Part shown: positions 13,500-25,788 of the stretch, piece by piece
Numbering within the stretch: the stretch's first letter is position 1
How the letters are laid out: each line of letters starts with the position of its first letter
NCBI GenBank assembly: GCA_010405405.1
Contig: MU004230.1
Coordinates: forward strand, 3,134,627 to 3,198,626
Source: Microthyrium microscopicum
Lineage: Eukaryota
Length of the DNA: 64,000 nt
Direction of reading: 5' to 3'
Notes under the pieces: model-generated
What the model was told of the DNA's origin: nothing
The model's input: the letters and a program-made list of their open reading frames with translations, nothing else
Databases searched by the model: none
Translations under genes and position numbers: made by a program

Positions 13500-14158
13500 A
13501 TGTCTGAAACCGACACACAACCTCAGAATCAACCCTCGTGCCACCGTTGTAAGAAAAACAAGCCAGAGAATGAGTTCTACCGCCTTCACACAGGTGATCT
13601 ACATAAGTGTTGCATGGAATGTAGCGTAAGCTGTTGTTATGCATATTATTGACAAAGCTAACTTCTTCAGGACTACATCAAATTTCACCAGAAGCGAAAA
13701 CGCGATGAAGCTAAAGCAACTAAAGCAGCCCAAGAGACTACTCGGGCCTTTGTGAAGGCGCAGCGACAACAAAAGCGCAGAAAAAAAGGTGGTGAAGTCG
13801 AAAGTGTATTCGCGAAGTCAAGTGATAGTGACACTACAATAACCCGACCTCCTAGCACTGTGGTACCTACCAGTGCTGTACGTTCTTTACCACAGCCGCG
13901 TACTATCACTGTCCTTGGATATTCTGTATGTTTCTTTAGCCCACTACGGCATTGAGAGTCTGCGACTAATTGGCCCAGGTACCAGCAACGCGCCCAGAGC
14001 CCGAAATCTTAATCAAGAAGCAGCGAGGCAAGCCTAGTGCCAAGGATAGAATAAAGTCAGCTGGAGAGAAGACAGGAGAACAGCTATATCCAGTCGAAAT
14101 ACTTCCAAAGAGCCGCTCTGGTCCACTCCAATACGCTGAGATAATACGGCGATGGTGA
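13500..14158 (+). CDS. Orphan N-terminal CxxC..CxxC zinc-finger protein (family member 1)
   Basis: ATG 13500. Exon 1 encodes MSETDTQPQNQPSCHRCKKNKPENEFYRLHTGDLHKCCMECS. Introns 13626-13670 and 13926-13978 (GT..CTAA..CAG, both phase 0) join to the basic NLS-like segments KRKR and KRRKK. Stop at 14158. Confidence 0.75.
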
Positions 14159-14749
14159 CAACCTTGAAGTTAGAGTTGACGAGCTGCACTACAGGAAGTC
14201 TTCCTGTGAAATTGAAGATCGACGCGGATGGCCATTTTTATGTTAGACTATTGCTATCATAATTTGATTAGTTGACTTGGCCCATGATTCAGCTGCTTTT
14301 CTTTCATTCTGGGTGAAGCCTAGCCATGAAAATATTGTCTGCGATGTGTGATGTAAACCTTGCGTTCCCGCTGTATCTCCTTGTAATTTTCATGGATGTT
14401 GTTCTTGACTATCTGCTCTACAAAGTCGGTAAGTCGCGACTTCCCGCAGCTCTTGAATGAAGACAGTTCCTTATCAACTGGAAGACGTGGTCACCAGAGC
14501 TGGTTGGTCGGCGCTGCAAACTATTTTTGACGATCAAAAACACAACTCAAAGTCTAGCCAGCTTCTCTGTTCTCTCTTTCTTTGCTTCATCAAACTTTTA
14601 CGCAACCATTGACTTCCATTGATTACTCCCATTGTTACCTTTTTTCCTAGCCAACCAGACATCAGCCATCAAGCAACCAAAGTCCCTTTCATATCAGATC
14701 ACGGCACATATCGAGGATCTCTTATTTATCACCAGGACCGCCGATTACG

Positions 14750-15435
14750 ATGGCACGAGGACGGGGGAAAGACGAAGGGAAACGTCAATCTCGGAAATCG
14801 AAAAGGCCACTTGCATCGCGAGTGAAAGCGACGAAGCCACCGGCACCAGCAAAAACCAAGAAGAAGCCTCGTCAAACGGGCGCCGAATTAGCTTTGTCTC
14901 GACTGCAAAAGCTCTGTGACAAGTGCAGAAAAGTCAGGTGTCCTCGCTGCCACAAGAAGAAGGCCCTCGGGACGGAAATCAAGATCAATCTTGTTTCATG
15001 CGAAATGTGTCTTGTGAGACTCTTGATACATTTTTGATTCCACGCTGACGCTCTCTTTAGGAAGAGAGGAGGCAAAAGGCACAGGAACGAACGGACAAAA
15101 TGAAAAAAGCTCTGGCCGCTGAAAGAGATCAACTTAAACTCACTTCTGAGGATCTCCAGGACGAAAAACCAATCGAGTCCGAGTCTAAAGAATCCAAGTC
15201 TGAGAAATCCGAGTCTGAAAAATCCGAGTCTGAAAAATCCGAGTCTGGAAATCCCGAATCTGAAGATGCTGAGCCAAAAGAAATCGAGCCAATCAATTCT
15301 GAACCTATTGAGTCTGAGGCTCAAGAATCTGACGCTGTTGAGCCGCAGTCCGAAGACTCCGAGCCTAAAGCATTAGAGCCTGCAAAGTCCAAGTCATCTA
15401 CCGAGTCCGAGGATGAATCACATTTTTGGGATTAA
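14750..15435 (+). CDS. Orphan zinc-finger protein with basic N-terminus and acidic SEKSE-repeat tail (family member 2, divergent)
   Basis: CDKCRKVRCPRCHKKKALGTEIKINLVSCEMCL, then phase-0 intron 15014-15060 (GTGAGA..CTGAC..TAG), in frame with ORF 15100-15435. The protein ends ESHFWD. Confidence 0.7.
15172..15262 (+). repeat. Coding 15-bp tandem repeat (GAGTCTGAAAAATCC-like) encoding ESEKS repeats
   Basis: About 5-6 imperfect copies visible in the sequence and in the translation IESESKESKSEKSESEKSESEKSESGNPESE. Confidence 0.8.
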
Positions 15436-16214
15436 CCCAGTCAAAGCTATTGGGTCATGCCTCACTGTCGTCTGCACACTCTTCAAACCATGTAGGCTTG
15501 TTGACTAGAACTGATACAATCTAAACGCTCATTCTTTTGTCTGCATCTTTGCCGCCATATTTTAGTGTGCGATTGTATCACCTCTAAATGCATATGATGC
15601 AAGAATTTGTTCAGTGCTTCAGGAGGTTGATATAGATAGGTAATTACATGATAGTTCCGTTGTAGTGCGCTAATGAAAGCAACATAGTGGCCGCAAGACT
15701 AAACACGAGGAGCATCTGTTTGATAGTGTCTCCCCCGTACCTGGAAAGTTCCTTACAGCCCAACTGAAAGGTACCCATCGGGTGCCTGTCAATGCTCTCA
15801 AGACCCTCTTCAGAAAACTGTCCGATAAGTCGAGAACGAAGCTAGACAGTGGTTGATATACATCAACGGACATGTGAGGACCCTCGCCGCTAGCTTCTGA
15901 GGCGGCCTCTTGAACTTGCTAGCAATGTGGATGCGTGCCTTCACGACCTCAGAAGTGCTGAGAATCTGTCTTTGAGCGGAGAGTGCAGTATGAATGAATG
16001 TTCCAAGATCTCCAGTCGGCTGCGTTTTCACTTGATGCAATTGAAGGCTTTCAGTGATGTCAAGATTGCTAGCGGAGGTAGAGACAAACACAAGTCTGGT
16101 CATGTTCAAAATCTAATTGTGCTACGACATTTCCCCATCGTTACTATTCAAACAACGCAACAATCTTCTCATCGCGCAGACTAGCTACGGCCAGCCATGG
16201 CCATTCCATACCGC

Positions 16215-17337
16215 TTAGCTGTCCTCACTTACGCGGTCCCACTCCTCGTTACGATCTTCCTCTGTCTTTCTCCACCGCCATTCCAAGTGAGTAAAGAACT
16301 TACACCGCTCAGGATAGTTTGGGTCTACCGAACCGTTAGTACGCATATCTCTAGCTTTTGGAAACGGTTGGCTTACCTAGGAAATGTAGTCCTTCGACAG
16401 GTGGATATCTTGAGCGAATCCAGTATAGAAAGCCAGTATAAGGTACACCATACTTGGTTGCGGCTTCTTTGATGAGTTCTTCGCGAGCGAGCTGGAATCT
16501 GCGCTGGATTTGTCTTCTAACTTCAGAACCACTGGGACGTGGAGGAGGACCCATGGATCCGTTGGCAGGAGGCTGTGGTGCTGGGCTCCGGTAGCCCGTG
16601 GCTGGGCGCTGAGTAGGTGCATTGAAGCTGGATGCTGGACGGGGAGGAGCCATGGAACTATTGGCAGGATGTTGTCGTGCTGGTGATTGATGACCCATGC
16701 TCGGTCGCTGAACATAGCCATTGATGACAGGTGCTGGGCGAGGATGAGAAGCCATAGATCCGGTGGCAGGAGATGATGGTGTTGGAGCTTGATGGCCCAT
16801 AGTCGGTCCTTGATAATGCGGATTGAAAGTAAATGCTGGACGTTGAACTGGAGCAGGCGCAGGATTCGTGGAAGCATACGAAGCATACCGCTTTCCGGGA
16901 TACGCTCGAAGATCAGGGTCTACTGGTATAGTCCCGCGGTTCATGATCGCGGTGGCAGGTTTTGTGGAATCGAAGGAAAGTGTAGAGAAAGACGAGGAAT
17001 GATATTCTGATATAGTGGAAGCAGCGGCGGTACCCACTCCCGCGAATGAGGTTACGAATGAGGTTACCGGTGATTTGGAGCATTGTATAATATCTGAGGT
17101 GACTTAGGGAATAACATTTGCCAATGAAGTCACTTCGGGTACTTTTCGGCTTGATTGATGCTTATTACAATGGGCCAAAAAAGTCACTCCATTCCTAGAT
17201 CTTGGAAAACTTTGATCTCTATTTATAACTTTACGACATTTGGAGCATCTCTTCTTCCAAATCCCGTCTTCAAACCATTCTGCGCAAGCGCTTTGTCCAA
17301 AAGGAACTTTTCGATCACGTTTCTTTGCACTTTCCAT
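16215..17337 (-). CDS. Orphan zinc-finger locus with Pro/Gln-rich repeat region (family member 3; 5' junction uncertain, possibly frameshifted)
   Basis: Exon from ATG 17337 encodes CSKCRKVINRDQSFPRSRNGVTFLAHCNKH. Downstream ORF 17037-16351 carries three QRPxMGHQxP..PA.GSMAP repeats. Intron 16376-16325 extends it to a stop at 16215. The candidate intron 17142-17094 (49 nt) does not join the two frames. Confidence 0.5.
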
Positions 17338-18041
17338 GTTATTTAATTTAAACATTTAAGTAGAGGAGATTTTGACATGAGAAGCGAAAATATGAAATTC
17401 TGTGATCAGACTTGATCAACGCATGGAGAAGAACTAGTCTAAAGATATTACAGTGTTGCCAGTCACATCATGGAAAGTTATGAATAAAGCCATTTTCCTT
17501 TGATTGCAAGTGGAGTGTTAGAAGTTATAACGCCTTGCTACATCACTGGATGTTCTTACCACCATAACACAATCCCAAGATTCTGAAATTATGGTCCATG
17601 TGGCTGAAATCTTATTGAATTGAATTTCCATGCTGAGAGCTCAGATGAGGTTTCCTTTTACTGTTTCTGAAGAAAGTTCTACAATGGGTCCGATTCGAAG
17701 GTCACCTGAGTCAGTAACATGTTAGAAAATAACGATTGAGGATGATGAGGCAGATCAAAATCTCTATGAGAGGGGATTCATTGAAGGTCTCCCAGATGTG
17801 ACTAGCTTACATTACTATTGATGCCATTGATGTCTCAACTCAACTTTCACCACATGCACGCCCACCACAAGGCTGAGCACAAGGCTGCCAAGCCCGAACA
17901 ACCCTAACCTCAGCACAGACACACCCAATCAACAAAACGCCTCAACGACTTTCTCCGAGAGATTCATACTCACTATCCCACGAGCTTAAATCAGCACCAA
18001 ACCACCTCAATCCCCGCTGTTTCCAGCTCAATCGACACATA

Positions 18042-18572
18042 ATGGGCTTCCTCGACACTCTCGCCAGCTTCGTGCCCTTCTCCGAGGCCGTGCACGCTGA
18101 CGCGCCGCCGAAGGACGAGCCGGAGGACGCTGCACCCGCTGACGACTCGGAAGATAAATCCAAGGACGAGGAGTCAGAGGAGGACGCACCCGCTGAGGAA
18201 GACGCTGCTGAGGAGCCGGCAGAAGAAGAAGAGGAAGAAGAAGAGGAGCCAGAGGATCCTAAGGAGAAACTTGAGACTGGTGAGTGTGGCGGAGAGATGG
18301 CGGAAAGATATATGATGGGGCTAATTGTGGTATAGAATGCAAGGAAAGTGCGCAGTGCAGCAAGTATAAGAGCCACTATGACCATTGTGCGAAGCGTGTG
18401 GACGAGCAGGTTGAGAAGAATGGAAAGCCGGAGGAGGACTGCGTTGAAGAGTGTAAGTTGAAATCTGTTATGATTCAATGGATGTGAAGCTAATCTTGTG
18501 ATTATAGTCTTCGAACTCGTTCACTGCGCGACGAATTGTGCTGCTCCTCAGCTATGGAAGCTCCTCAAGTAA
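18042..18572 (+). CDS. QCR6: Cytochrome b-c1 complex subunit 6 (hinge protein)
   Basis: Acidic N-terminus. Introns 18280-18335 and 18453-18507. Spliced hinge domain DPKEKLETECKESAQCSKYKSHYDHCAKRV...EDCVEEFFELVHCATNCAAPQLWKLLK. Confidence 0.93.
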
Positions 18573-19206
18573 ATCACGGATTTTATACATGGTGGAGGGG
18601 ACAAAATGGACGGAGCTGTGGTAATTCAGCGCTTGCACTTGTACAAAATATCGTGGTGCCGTTGGGCTCACTTGTGTATTAGCAGAGGTTGGAGACTTAG
18701 ATGCGCAATATGATAGACGATTGTTCACTTCGCAGTCTTGCAGGATGGTATAAAATGCGGATTCTGGCGTTGAAATCTTGGATACTAACTACTCCAGAGT
18801 AATTGCGCTCTGCCATTTGGCATTGAGCATACAGCCAGTTTGACTGTGTCATTCTCGAGCATGGAAACAGAAACCCGTAAAAATTGAGAATCCTTGCCCT
18901 ACCAATACCGCCATTTCAAAGTCTGCGTCTCGTCATTCAATGATATCTCAGCTAGTACACCATCCATAATACGCTACATATCGCGCGGTCAAGAGCCACT
19001 TCACCAAGGCTCAATTATTCATATATCAACGTCATTCAATTCCTATGTACACGAGCCATCAGACTTTCCAATCATGTACAAGCTCACATATATCTTGCTG
19101 TGAAAATTCATATCCAAATAAAGCATGACCACGGCATGCCAGCCAATGCGTCCAATGCAACGCAAATACAACAAAAAGAAATGAAATCCATCACAAGCCT
19201 GAAAGT

Positions 19207-21035
19207 TTATCGTAAAGCCAGCCGTCTCTGCTGCGCTCTCAGTGTATCCGGCTCAGGCACCGGATTCCCTTCATCCATTGCGAATCGTTTCCGCTCTTCA
19301 CCATCAAGGCCTAAGGCTTTGAGTCCCAGGCCCATGGGCACTACGGCCACGAGACAGCAGATGATGGCTTGAAATATGAGTGCCCGCTGCATATTGCCAG
19401 GCGGGTAATCTTTCGAGGGCGGTGTACCGTCTGGATCTTTCAACTCGCCCATAATAATCGTGAAAATGCCACCAAGCACCTGTCCGCACGCCCATAGCAC
19501 CACGGATGACCCTTCAGGACCGACAGGAAACGTCACTTCTACGGTATACTCCAGCGCCGTCGGCATCAGACTAAACGACGCAGCGCCTAATATCGCAAGT
19601 ATAGCGTATGGCGCAGCAATAGTACGTGTTGCTGGTGCAAATAGGAAGGCGAGGTATGAAACAGCCGTGATGGGCACGAGTACTTTGATAATTGGCACAT
19701 AGGCGTGTACCCTATCATTGACGATGGAGACTGCGATGGCGGCGAGGATGCCGACGATGATGAGAATGCCGCCTGCAATGCCAGCCTCGTCTTCGGTGAA
19801 GCCGTATGGGGAGAGTATTTGGTTGATGAGGGAGGAAGTGGCATTGAAGAAGCCGACGTAGGTGGCGAAGGGAATGAGGATGAGGTAGAAGGACTTGTTG
19901 TGGGATAGTTGGCGGATTGTGTCGGAGAGGGGCGCTTTGGGGACTGAGGAGGCGGGGGAGACGGGTGTTGGTGGGCGCGCGGGGATAAAGAGGGAGGGTA
20001 TTGTTGCGACGGAGGACTGTGAGCTGTTAGTTTTGTGAGGTGGAAAGTGGTGAGGAGTCAATTACTATTATGGCGACGTAGAGAACCATTGTTGGGATGG
20101 ACTTCGGGTCTTTGGACACCCATGATGGGGCTATCAGTTGGCCCAACTACGAGTTGTTAGCACATCTTCTGCCCTTCGCTCGAGGCTTCAACATACTGCT
20201 CCTCCTAGTGGGTTCGCCAGTGACGCAAAAGCAGTCGCTGTCGTCCGTCCCTTGTCTGTAAACCACAGATCGCTATATGTCGTGGGAGCCGAAAGCACAA
20301 ATGGCTGCGCCAACCCGATCAACACCTGTCCCACCATGACCAACGGGTACATCGCCTGTTTGGTACCCGCATATCGAAGCCAATTCCCAACCAATATCAA
20401 CGCGCTGGATACAAGAATCGCAAGTTTAGGACCTCGGTGGAGGGTGTAGACCGTGATACTGCGGCTGAAGTTAGCTTTCTGCGCTGAGACATGATAAATC
20501 GTGGCTGCGTTGAACTTACGGCGCACTGATCACAAAAGCAAAGAGAAACCCGGTACTCAGCCAATTCACCGCCGTCTCCGTAACATTTAAATATTGCGCC
20601 GTGGTGGATGAAACAGCCGCAAAGGTCAGCCACTATGTCGCAACGTCAGTATGCATCCGTCATGCAGCACGGGCAAGTTGAACGTACATCCCAACTGACG
20701 ACAATGTTCAGCAAGATCAATTGTATGAGGCCAAACCACCGGCGCTTGTATGTCCTAAATTCTGGTTCCATCACGTTGCGCGGCGCGCTGCCAGCCGATG
20801 GCGAGGATGATGCGACGGACATTTCGTGGGCGATGGCGCTCTTGTCGTCGCCGGGCATGACTCTATCGTTGCTGGGATCAATGTCGAGCCATTTGTAGGC
20901 CTTTTGTGAGGGGTGTCGTGGTTGGTGTCTAGGGCGGATCAGATAGTCTTGACTCACGCTGCTGTCGAGGCTGGTGTCTGTTCCTGGGCGTATAGAGTCA
21001 AAGTCTGGAGGACGAGGAGACTGAGTGGAATGCAT
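19207..21035 (-). CDS. MFS transporter (FLVCR/SLC49-like)
   Basis: FRTYKRRWFGLIQLILLNIVVSWD|WLTFA, GQVLIGLAQPFVLSAPTTYSDLWF, ASLANPLGGA and multiple TM segments. Several GT-AG introns (e.g. 20687-20633). The start could be a downstream Met. Confidence 0.88.
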
Positions 21036-22555
21036 GGCGGGTTGGCGGTTAGGTTGATGATCCTCACGAGATCAAGATGGGAGAGTCCAGCCCAGAGTGT
21101 AACGGCAGGCGTACCTGGGGCCTGGGGTATGTAGCGGCAATGCGCGATAGAGTGGAAGGAGTGGTACAGTATTCTGGTTTGCTGGGGATACGGCAGTAAT
21201 TTGCCTGCTCGGCGCTGCAGCGTACAGGTGCTGGGTGTAACAAGCGCGGTAGAAACGAATGTACTGTTTGATCAACCGCCGAAATCGATGGTGTAGAGAT
21301 ATGCGGGGACTACTACTGGTTACAACGACACAACCATCACCAACATCTTGATCTTGATATCTAGATCAATCCAGTTCTCCGCCCTGGATGTCGCAAAATG
21401 GATTAGACCGTCTAGCATAAGACAAAAGCGCAACTCAACAACGAGCAAAGTGGTCGAAATGAATTCATCCTGAAAGTGATCTACATGACCAAAAGTAAAC
21501 CAATGGAGAGCCGCAAGCACCATCTCGCGTTCCGACCGTCATATACATTAAATTCAACATCAAGAGGCCTTGCAATTCGCCGACGCTAAATGAATATTTA
21601 ATTCTTACAACCACCATCTGCAAGGTACTAGTCTCAACCAACCATAGTGTTCTTCTAAAAAGGTACCTGTATACTTCCGTGGTAGTCCCTCGGCCAGGAA
21701 TATCTACAAACTATACCACATAGCACCAGAATATACTCTGAGCCTTCTGAGCCTCTCAGCCCTTTCAATGTGACAGTCGGCCATAATTCACTGACCTAGC
21801 CAAAAAAGGCAGATCCTCACATGGGCCGTCAGATGCTGCCCCGGTCTCCACTATACTTTCTGTTCGTTTTCTCGAAGGATCAGAATTGTCCTTGCCCAAT
21901 GCTCGACCGTACCTTTTTCTCCATGCTCTCTAGAGAGCGTATAGTTTTAGTCAATATAGTTCCCATCCATCGGTCCACTGCCCTAACAAGGAAATCTGCT
22001 CCGCCGTACGAAAAAAGCGGCGGCCTACTTGGCACTCTGGCAGCATCTCTGATCTCTATCTTGACCGTCCATTATTGCCACGCGGCCATGTGCTTTCCCA
22101 CATGGAAAGTACAGAGTCGCGCCTAGGGGCCGGAGCGGCTCAGTAGAATAGTGGATTGATCAACCCTACGCTGCTTACATTTTCTTCCTCAGCTCTTCCG
22201 AATACCGTATTTGGCAAAACACTCTAGAAGCAATATCATCCTCGCCGCACATGGAAACGGTCCCATCGAAAAAACAGTCGTTGGCTAGTAAACACTTGCA
22301 TTGAACCTGCGTGAACAAAGTAGTGTTGATCGCTCGTTCGAAATAGTAGCCCCGGCCTTCCACCATGCATATCCAAACATTTTCCCAAGCTCTGCAATGG
22401 TACCTGTTCGACAAAAACGTGCAATCCTAGGCCGATTTCCATCATATAAATTAGCCAGGCTAGACAAAATGATAGTTTTTATTCTCATAAAGGGCTCAAA
22501 GAGCAGCAAGCCTTACCTTTTGAGAACAACCCAGCGGCCAAGCTTAGACAAGCTT

Positions 22556-24718
22556 TCAGCGGCTCTCTGCGCGTTCGAGAAGCGCATTTCCAACTTCGAT
22601 GGGTGTGTATGTTGTGCGTTCGCCCTTCTTTTGGGCCCATAGGATATCGCCTTTGAAGTACACGATGACCCCTCCTCGACCTGTGGCGGAGGCGGTGATG
22701 CGAAATAGGGGAAGGCCGGTTGCCTCGTGTGCTTCGCGGAGGGGCATCATTAGTAGACTTTCTTCCTCGCACCAGGTCTCGACGATGTCTTTGAATGTGG
22801 TTTCTTCGTTGGGTTGGGCGGAAGAGGTAGTCTCTGCTGGAGCTGGTATTGGTATAGGGTCGATGAGTGGTCGAGCTGGGCCAGCTGCTGGTTGGGGGAG
22901 TTGATCTTTGCCTTCTTCGCCAAGTTCTAAGGCGTGGTTGACCATGTTCCAGCCCTTCTCCCACATCTCAGCTACAGTCTTTTGCTCGTTGAGCTCTGCT
23001 GGTATTTGTTCTTTCCACCATTGAAACCACTGTCCAATCTCTTCGTAATTCGACGACTCGCTGGTAAGCCAAGTATGTAGTGTCATAAGCCACTTGGGGA
23101 AAAACTCTGTTACCAGTAGCTGTGCTGTCGCTCGGATTGGTAGCAGATCTTTCCAAGCCAGGACATTTTCCAGTGGGGTAAGATCTTGGTCCGGTGGATA
23201 AACCTCAAATTCAGCAGTCATGTAAGCCGCAAGTCGAGGCAAAAGATGCTTCACTATTGTGTGTTGTAAAGTCGTGCCGAGAAGAGGTGCCCATTTGTCG
23301 ATGCCAGGGAGTAAACCTTTGTTAACATCCCACGAGTCTAATGCAACTCGCAGCTTTCGATTGACATCTGATAGAAGGCCAGTTGCCGACTGGGGATCGA
23401 TATGATATTGAGGAAGGTATTCCAGCCACGGAAATATCCAGGTATGAGGAAGAGGATACTTGTGACTTTTCTTACTTGATGCACGAGGATTCCATGACTG
23501 CAGTTTTGATATCAATTTTTGAACAACCATGGTCATAATTGACTCGACCACAAAATCCGGAAGTAAAGGTTTCCAGGCCTGAAAAAGGGTGACTAGTTGA
23601 GACGGGTGATAGGCGTCCCACTCGTTTGTAACGACTGTCCGCAGCTTTGGTAGCCAATATGTATAGATGAGCGACTCGTAGGTTGTAGTTGCTCGTTTTC
23701 TGCCTAGGCCATTCTCTGGAAAATCGTCGGTGTCATCAGGCATAAGCATTGGCGCAAGACGAGTCAGATATGCGACAAGCCGCTTAGGTTCTTCGAGAGG
23801 ATGCCAGTCTGCTATTGCGTGCTTGAATAGAGGATGAATTGAAGCGACTGCAACTTCATCCAGGGATAGATGATGCAAGCTTCCCGCATACTTTCGCTGT
23901 AAGCTTTCGAGCTGTTCAGTCAATCTCTCCCACGATTCAGCCTCTGCAGAGATATCAAGGTTGAGCGTAGATAACGCCTCGACCGCATTCGTGAGCTCCT
24001 CGATACTCTCCGTTTGAACTTTCGCGTCTTGAGCTTCTCGTTTGGCCTGCTCTTCCTCAACATCAATCATCTTCTTGCGATCCTTTAACTCCGTCCAAGT
24101 ATCCGCAAACGCCTCCAGCTCTTTCCGTGCGCGCACCGCCAACTTCTCAGTTTCCACATCAACACCAGTCGTTATGGTAGCACTCGTAAAAATCCCCTGT
24201 CCAGATTCCAACAACTTCGTCTCCCTTCCCGTGGCATCAATGATATTGAGCAAAACATTCGGCACGTCCAATCCCTGCGTGGCCTCCTCAATATCTGCCG
24301 CAGTGCGATACTTGACTTTCTGTTTCGCCGGCGCGCGTGGCGTACTAGTACCACTTCCGCTCGTAAAACCTGGCTGTTTTGTCCGCTTCTTGCGAGATCT
24401 TCTCTCCTCTTCCGAGCTATCTTCATATTCCTCACCGCGTTGTTGTGCGCGCCGCTTTTCTTCTTCTTTGGCTTGTTTGGTCTTTTCGCGAACGGCTCCG
24501 AGACCGACGTTTTGCGGGCGCAGACTGACTTCGATTGGGGCCGTGATGCCGTCACCGGACTTGCCGAGTCCTTCGCCGGTCTTGTGACCCATTTTGGCCA
24601 TCATGCGCTCGGCGAAGGAGAGCTTTTTGCCTGCGGGCGCGGAATTGTTGCTGCGGGCCATTTTGCGGCTGGGATCGTCGGTGAAGTGCGCTTTGCGCTT
24701 TGCGGGTGGGTGGTCCAT
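22556..24718 (-). CDS. SPP382: G-patch / GCFC-domain spliceosome disassembly factor (TFIP11/Ntr1/Spp382-like)
   Basis: G-patch SFAERMMAKMGHKTGEGLGKSGDGITAPIEV..GLG, a Trp-rich GCFC region (W..WYxWW-like IGQWFQWWK) and C-terminal TFKDIVETWCEEESLLMMP. The likely ATG is 24718. Confidence 0.88.
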   Translation of the reverse strand: MDHPPAKRKAHFTDDPSRKMARSNNSAPAGKKLSFAERMMAKMGHKTGEGLGKSGDGITAPIEVSLRPQNVGLGAVREKTKQAKEEEKRRAQQRGEEYEDSSEEERRSRKKRTKQPGFTSGSGTSTPRAPAKQKVKYRTAADIEEATQGLDVPNVLLNIIDATGRETKLLESGQGIFTSATITTGVDVETEKLAVRARKELEAFADTWTELKDRKKMIDVEEEQAKREAQDAKVQTESIEELTNAVEALSTLNLDISAEAESWERLTEQLESLQRKYAGSLHHLSLDEVAVASIHPLFKHAIADWHPLEEPKRLVAYLTRLAPMLMPDDTDDFPENGLGRKRATTTYESLIYTYWLPKLRTVVTNEWDAYHPSQLVTLFQAWKPLLPDFVVESIMTMVVQKLISKLQSWNPRASSKKSHKYPLPHTWIFPWLEYLPQYHIDPQSATGLLSDVNRKLRVALDSWDVNKGLLPGIDKWAPLLGTTLQHTIVKHLLPRLAAYMTAEFEVYPPDQDLTPLENVLAWKDLLPIRATAQLLVTEFFPKWLMTLHTWLTSESSNYEEIGQWFQWWKEQIPAELNEQKTVAEMWEKGWNMVNHALELGEEGKDQLPQPAAGPARPLIDPIPIPAPAETTSSAQPNEETTFKDIVETWCEEESLLMMPLREAHEATGLPLFRITASATGRGGVIVYFKGDILWAQKKGERTTYTPIEVGNALLERAESR

Positions 24719-25362
24719 TGTGGACGGCAATGTGATCTTATTTCGGGGAGGTATGGAGGCTAGATCATGGGTGGGAGGAATGTGGTTGGTGTTGTCAAAT
24801 ATGTCGCAAAAAATGTTGTTGTTGGCAAGGCCGCACACGTCAAGAACAGGCAAGCATGGCACGTGTGACTAAGCGATCTCAATTGACTAACTACAGCCAA
24901 CTAGATAAATGCTACATACAGAAGTATTGATGAGCTGGAAATCATTCAGTGTATAGTAGCGTACTATTTCAATTTATTTTTCCAATAATGTTTCCAATAA
25001 AAAAGTCATTCCTATCTTTCGAATTCGTTGTAGGTGAGATCATACTTCTCAGCCAATGACCATCCAGAACTCCGTGACAGGTCCCCAGCCTCGTGGTCAG
25101 CCTTATGGTTTGCTCCAACTTCACCTCATACCCGATCAAGGTCTTTCACACCCTCCAACACCTCGTGAAACTTTCACCACCTCGGTTCACTGATGAGGTT
25201 CATCTATGGCAGGAGCATCGATGGATTTTCCTATAAAATATCGTGCACGGCCCTCTTCTCACCATCTCCTATCCACATCACAACCATCTCCCTACCCGTT
25301 AAAGCTGTGCACGGTCCCATCATACAATCAAAATCGCTCTTGCCTTCAACATCAACATCAAC

Positions 25363-25788
25363 ATGGACAACATGGCAGGATGCTCAAAAGAGCACGGCAA
25401 GTCTAGACCTCTTTATGAGTTTCCGTTGAAGGACAACAATAGAGGCCGATATGCCAGCTGCTACTGGTGTCTTAACCATCAAAATCCTTCCATTTTGAGC
25501 AAGCCGCCTGCGGCTCCACGACCTGCTAATCTTGGACCCCCTCCGGAGAGCTTCGATCCTCTGACCCCCCGACAATCTCTTTCAACCGCTACGCAAGCGA
25601 CTGTGCCCCAAGCTGCTGCCAATCCAGCCTCTACCAATCAGGCTACTACTGCCCAGACCAACACGACTCAATCTACTGTGGCCCAGCAAGCTGCTCCGCA
25701 GTTATCTGGAGCTCAAGCTACACGTGTCACTAGATCACAGGCAGCTGCGATGGAGACAGCATTAGGTCGCCGCCGCTCAGCACCCTAA
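25363..25788 (+). CDS. Orphan zinc-finger protein (family member 4; CxxxH..CxxC variant)
   Basis: MAGCSKEHGKSRPLYEFPLKDNNRGRYASCYWC followed by an Ala/Thr/Gln-rich tail. TATAAAA at about 25232. Intronless. Confidence 0.65.
   Translation: MDNMAGCSKEHGKSRPLYEFPLKDNNRGRYASCYWCLNHQNPSILSKPPAAPRPANLGPPPESFDPLTPRQSLSTATQATVPQAAANPASTNQATTAQTNTTQSTVAQQAAPQLSGAQATRVTRSQAAAMETALGRRRSAP

Noticed and set aside
24719..24862. N-terminal extension of the G-patch ORF in the ORF track
   Set aside because: It begins at a non-ATG codon. The first ATG in frame is at 24718.
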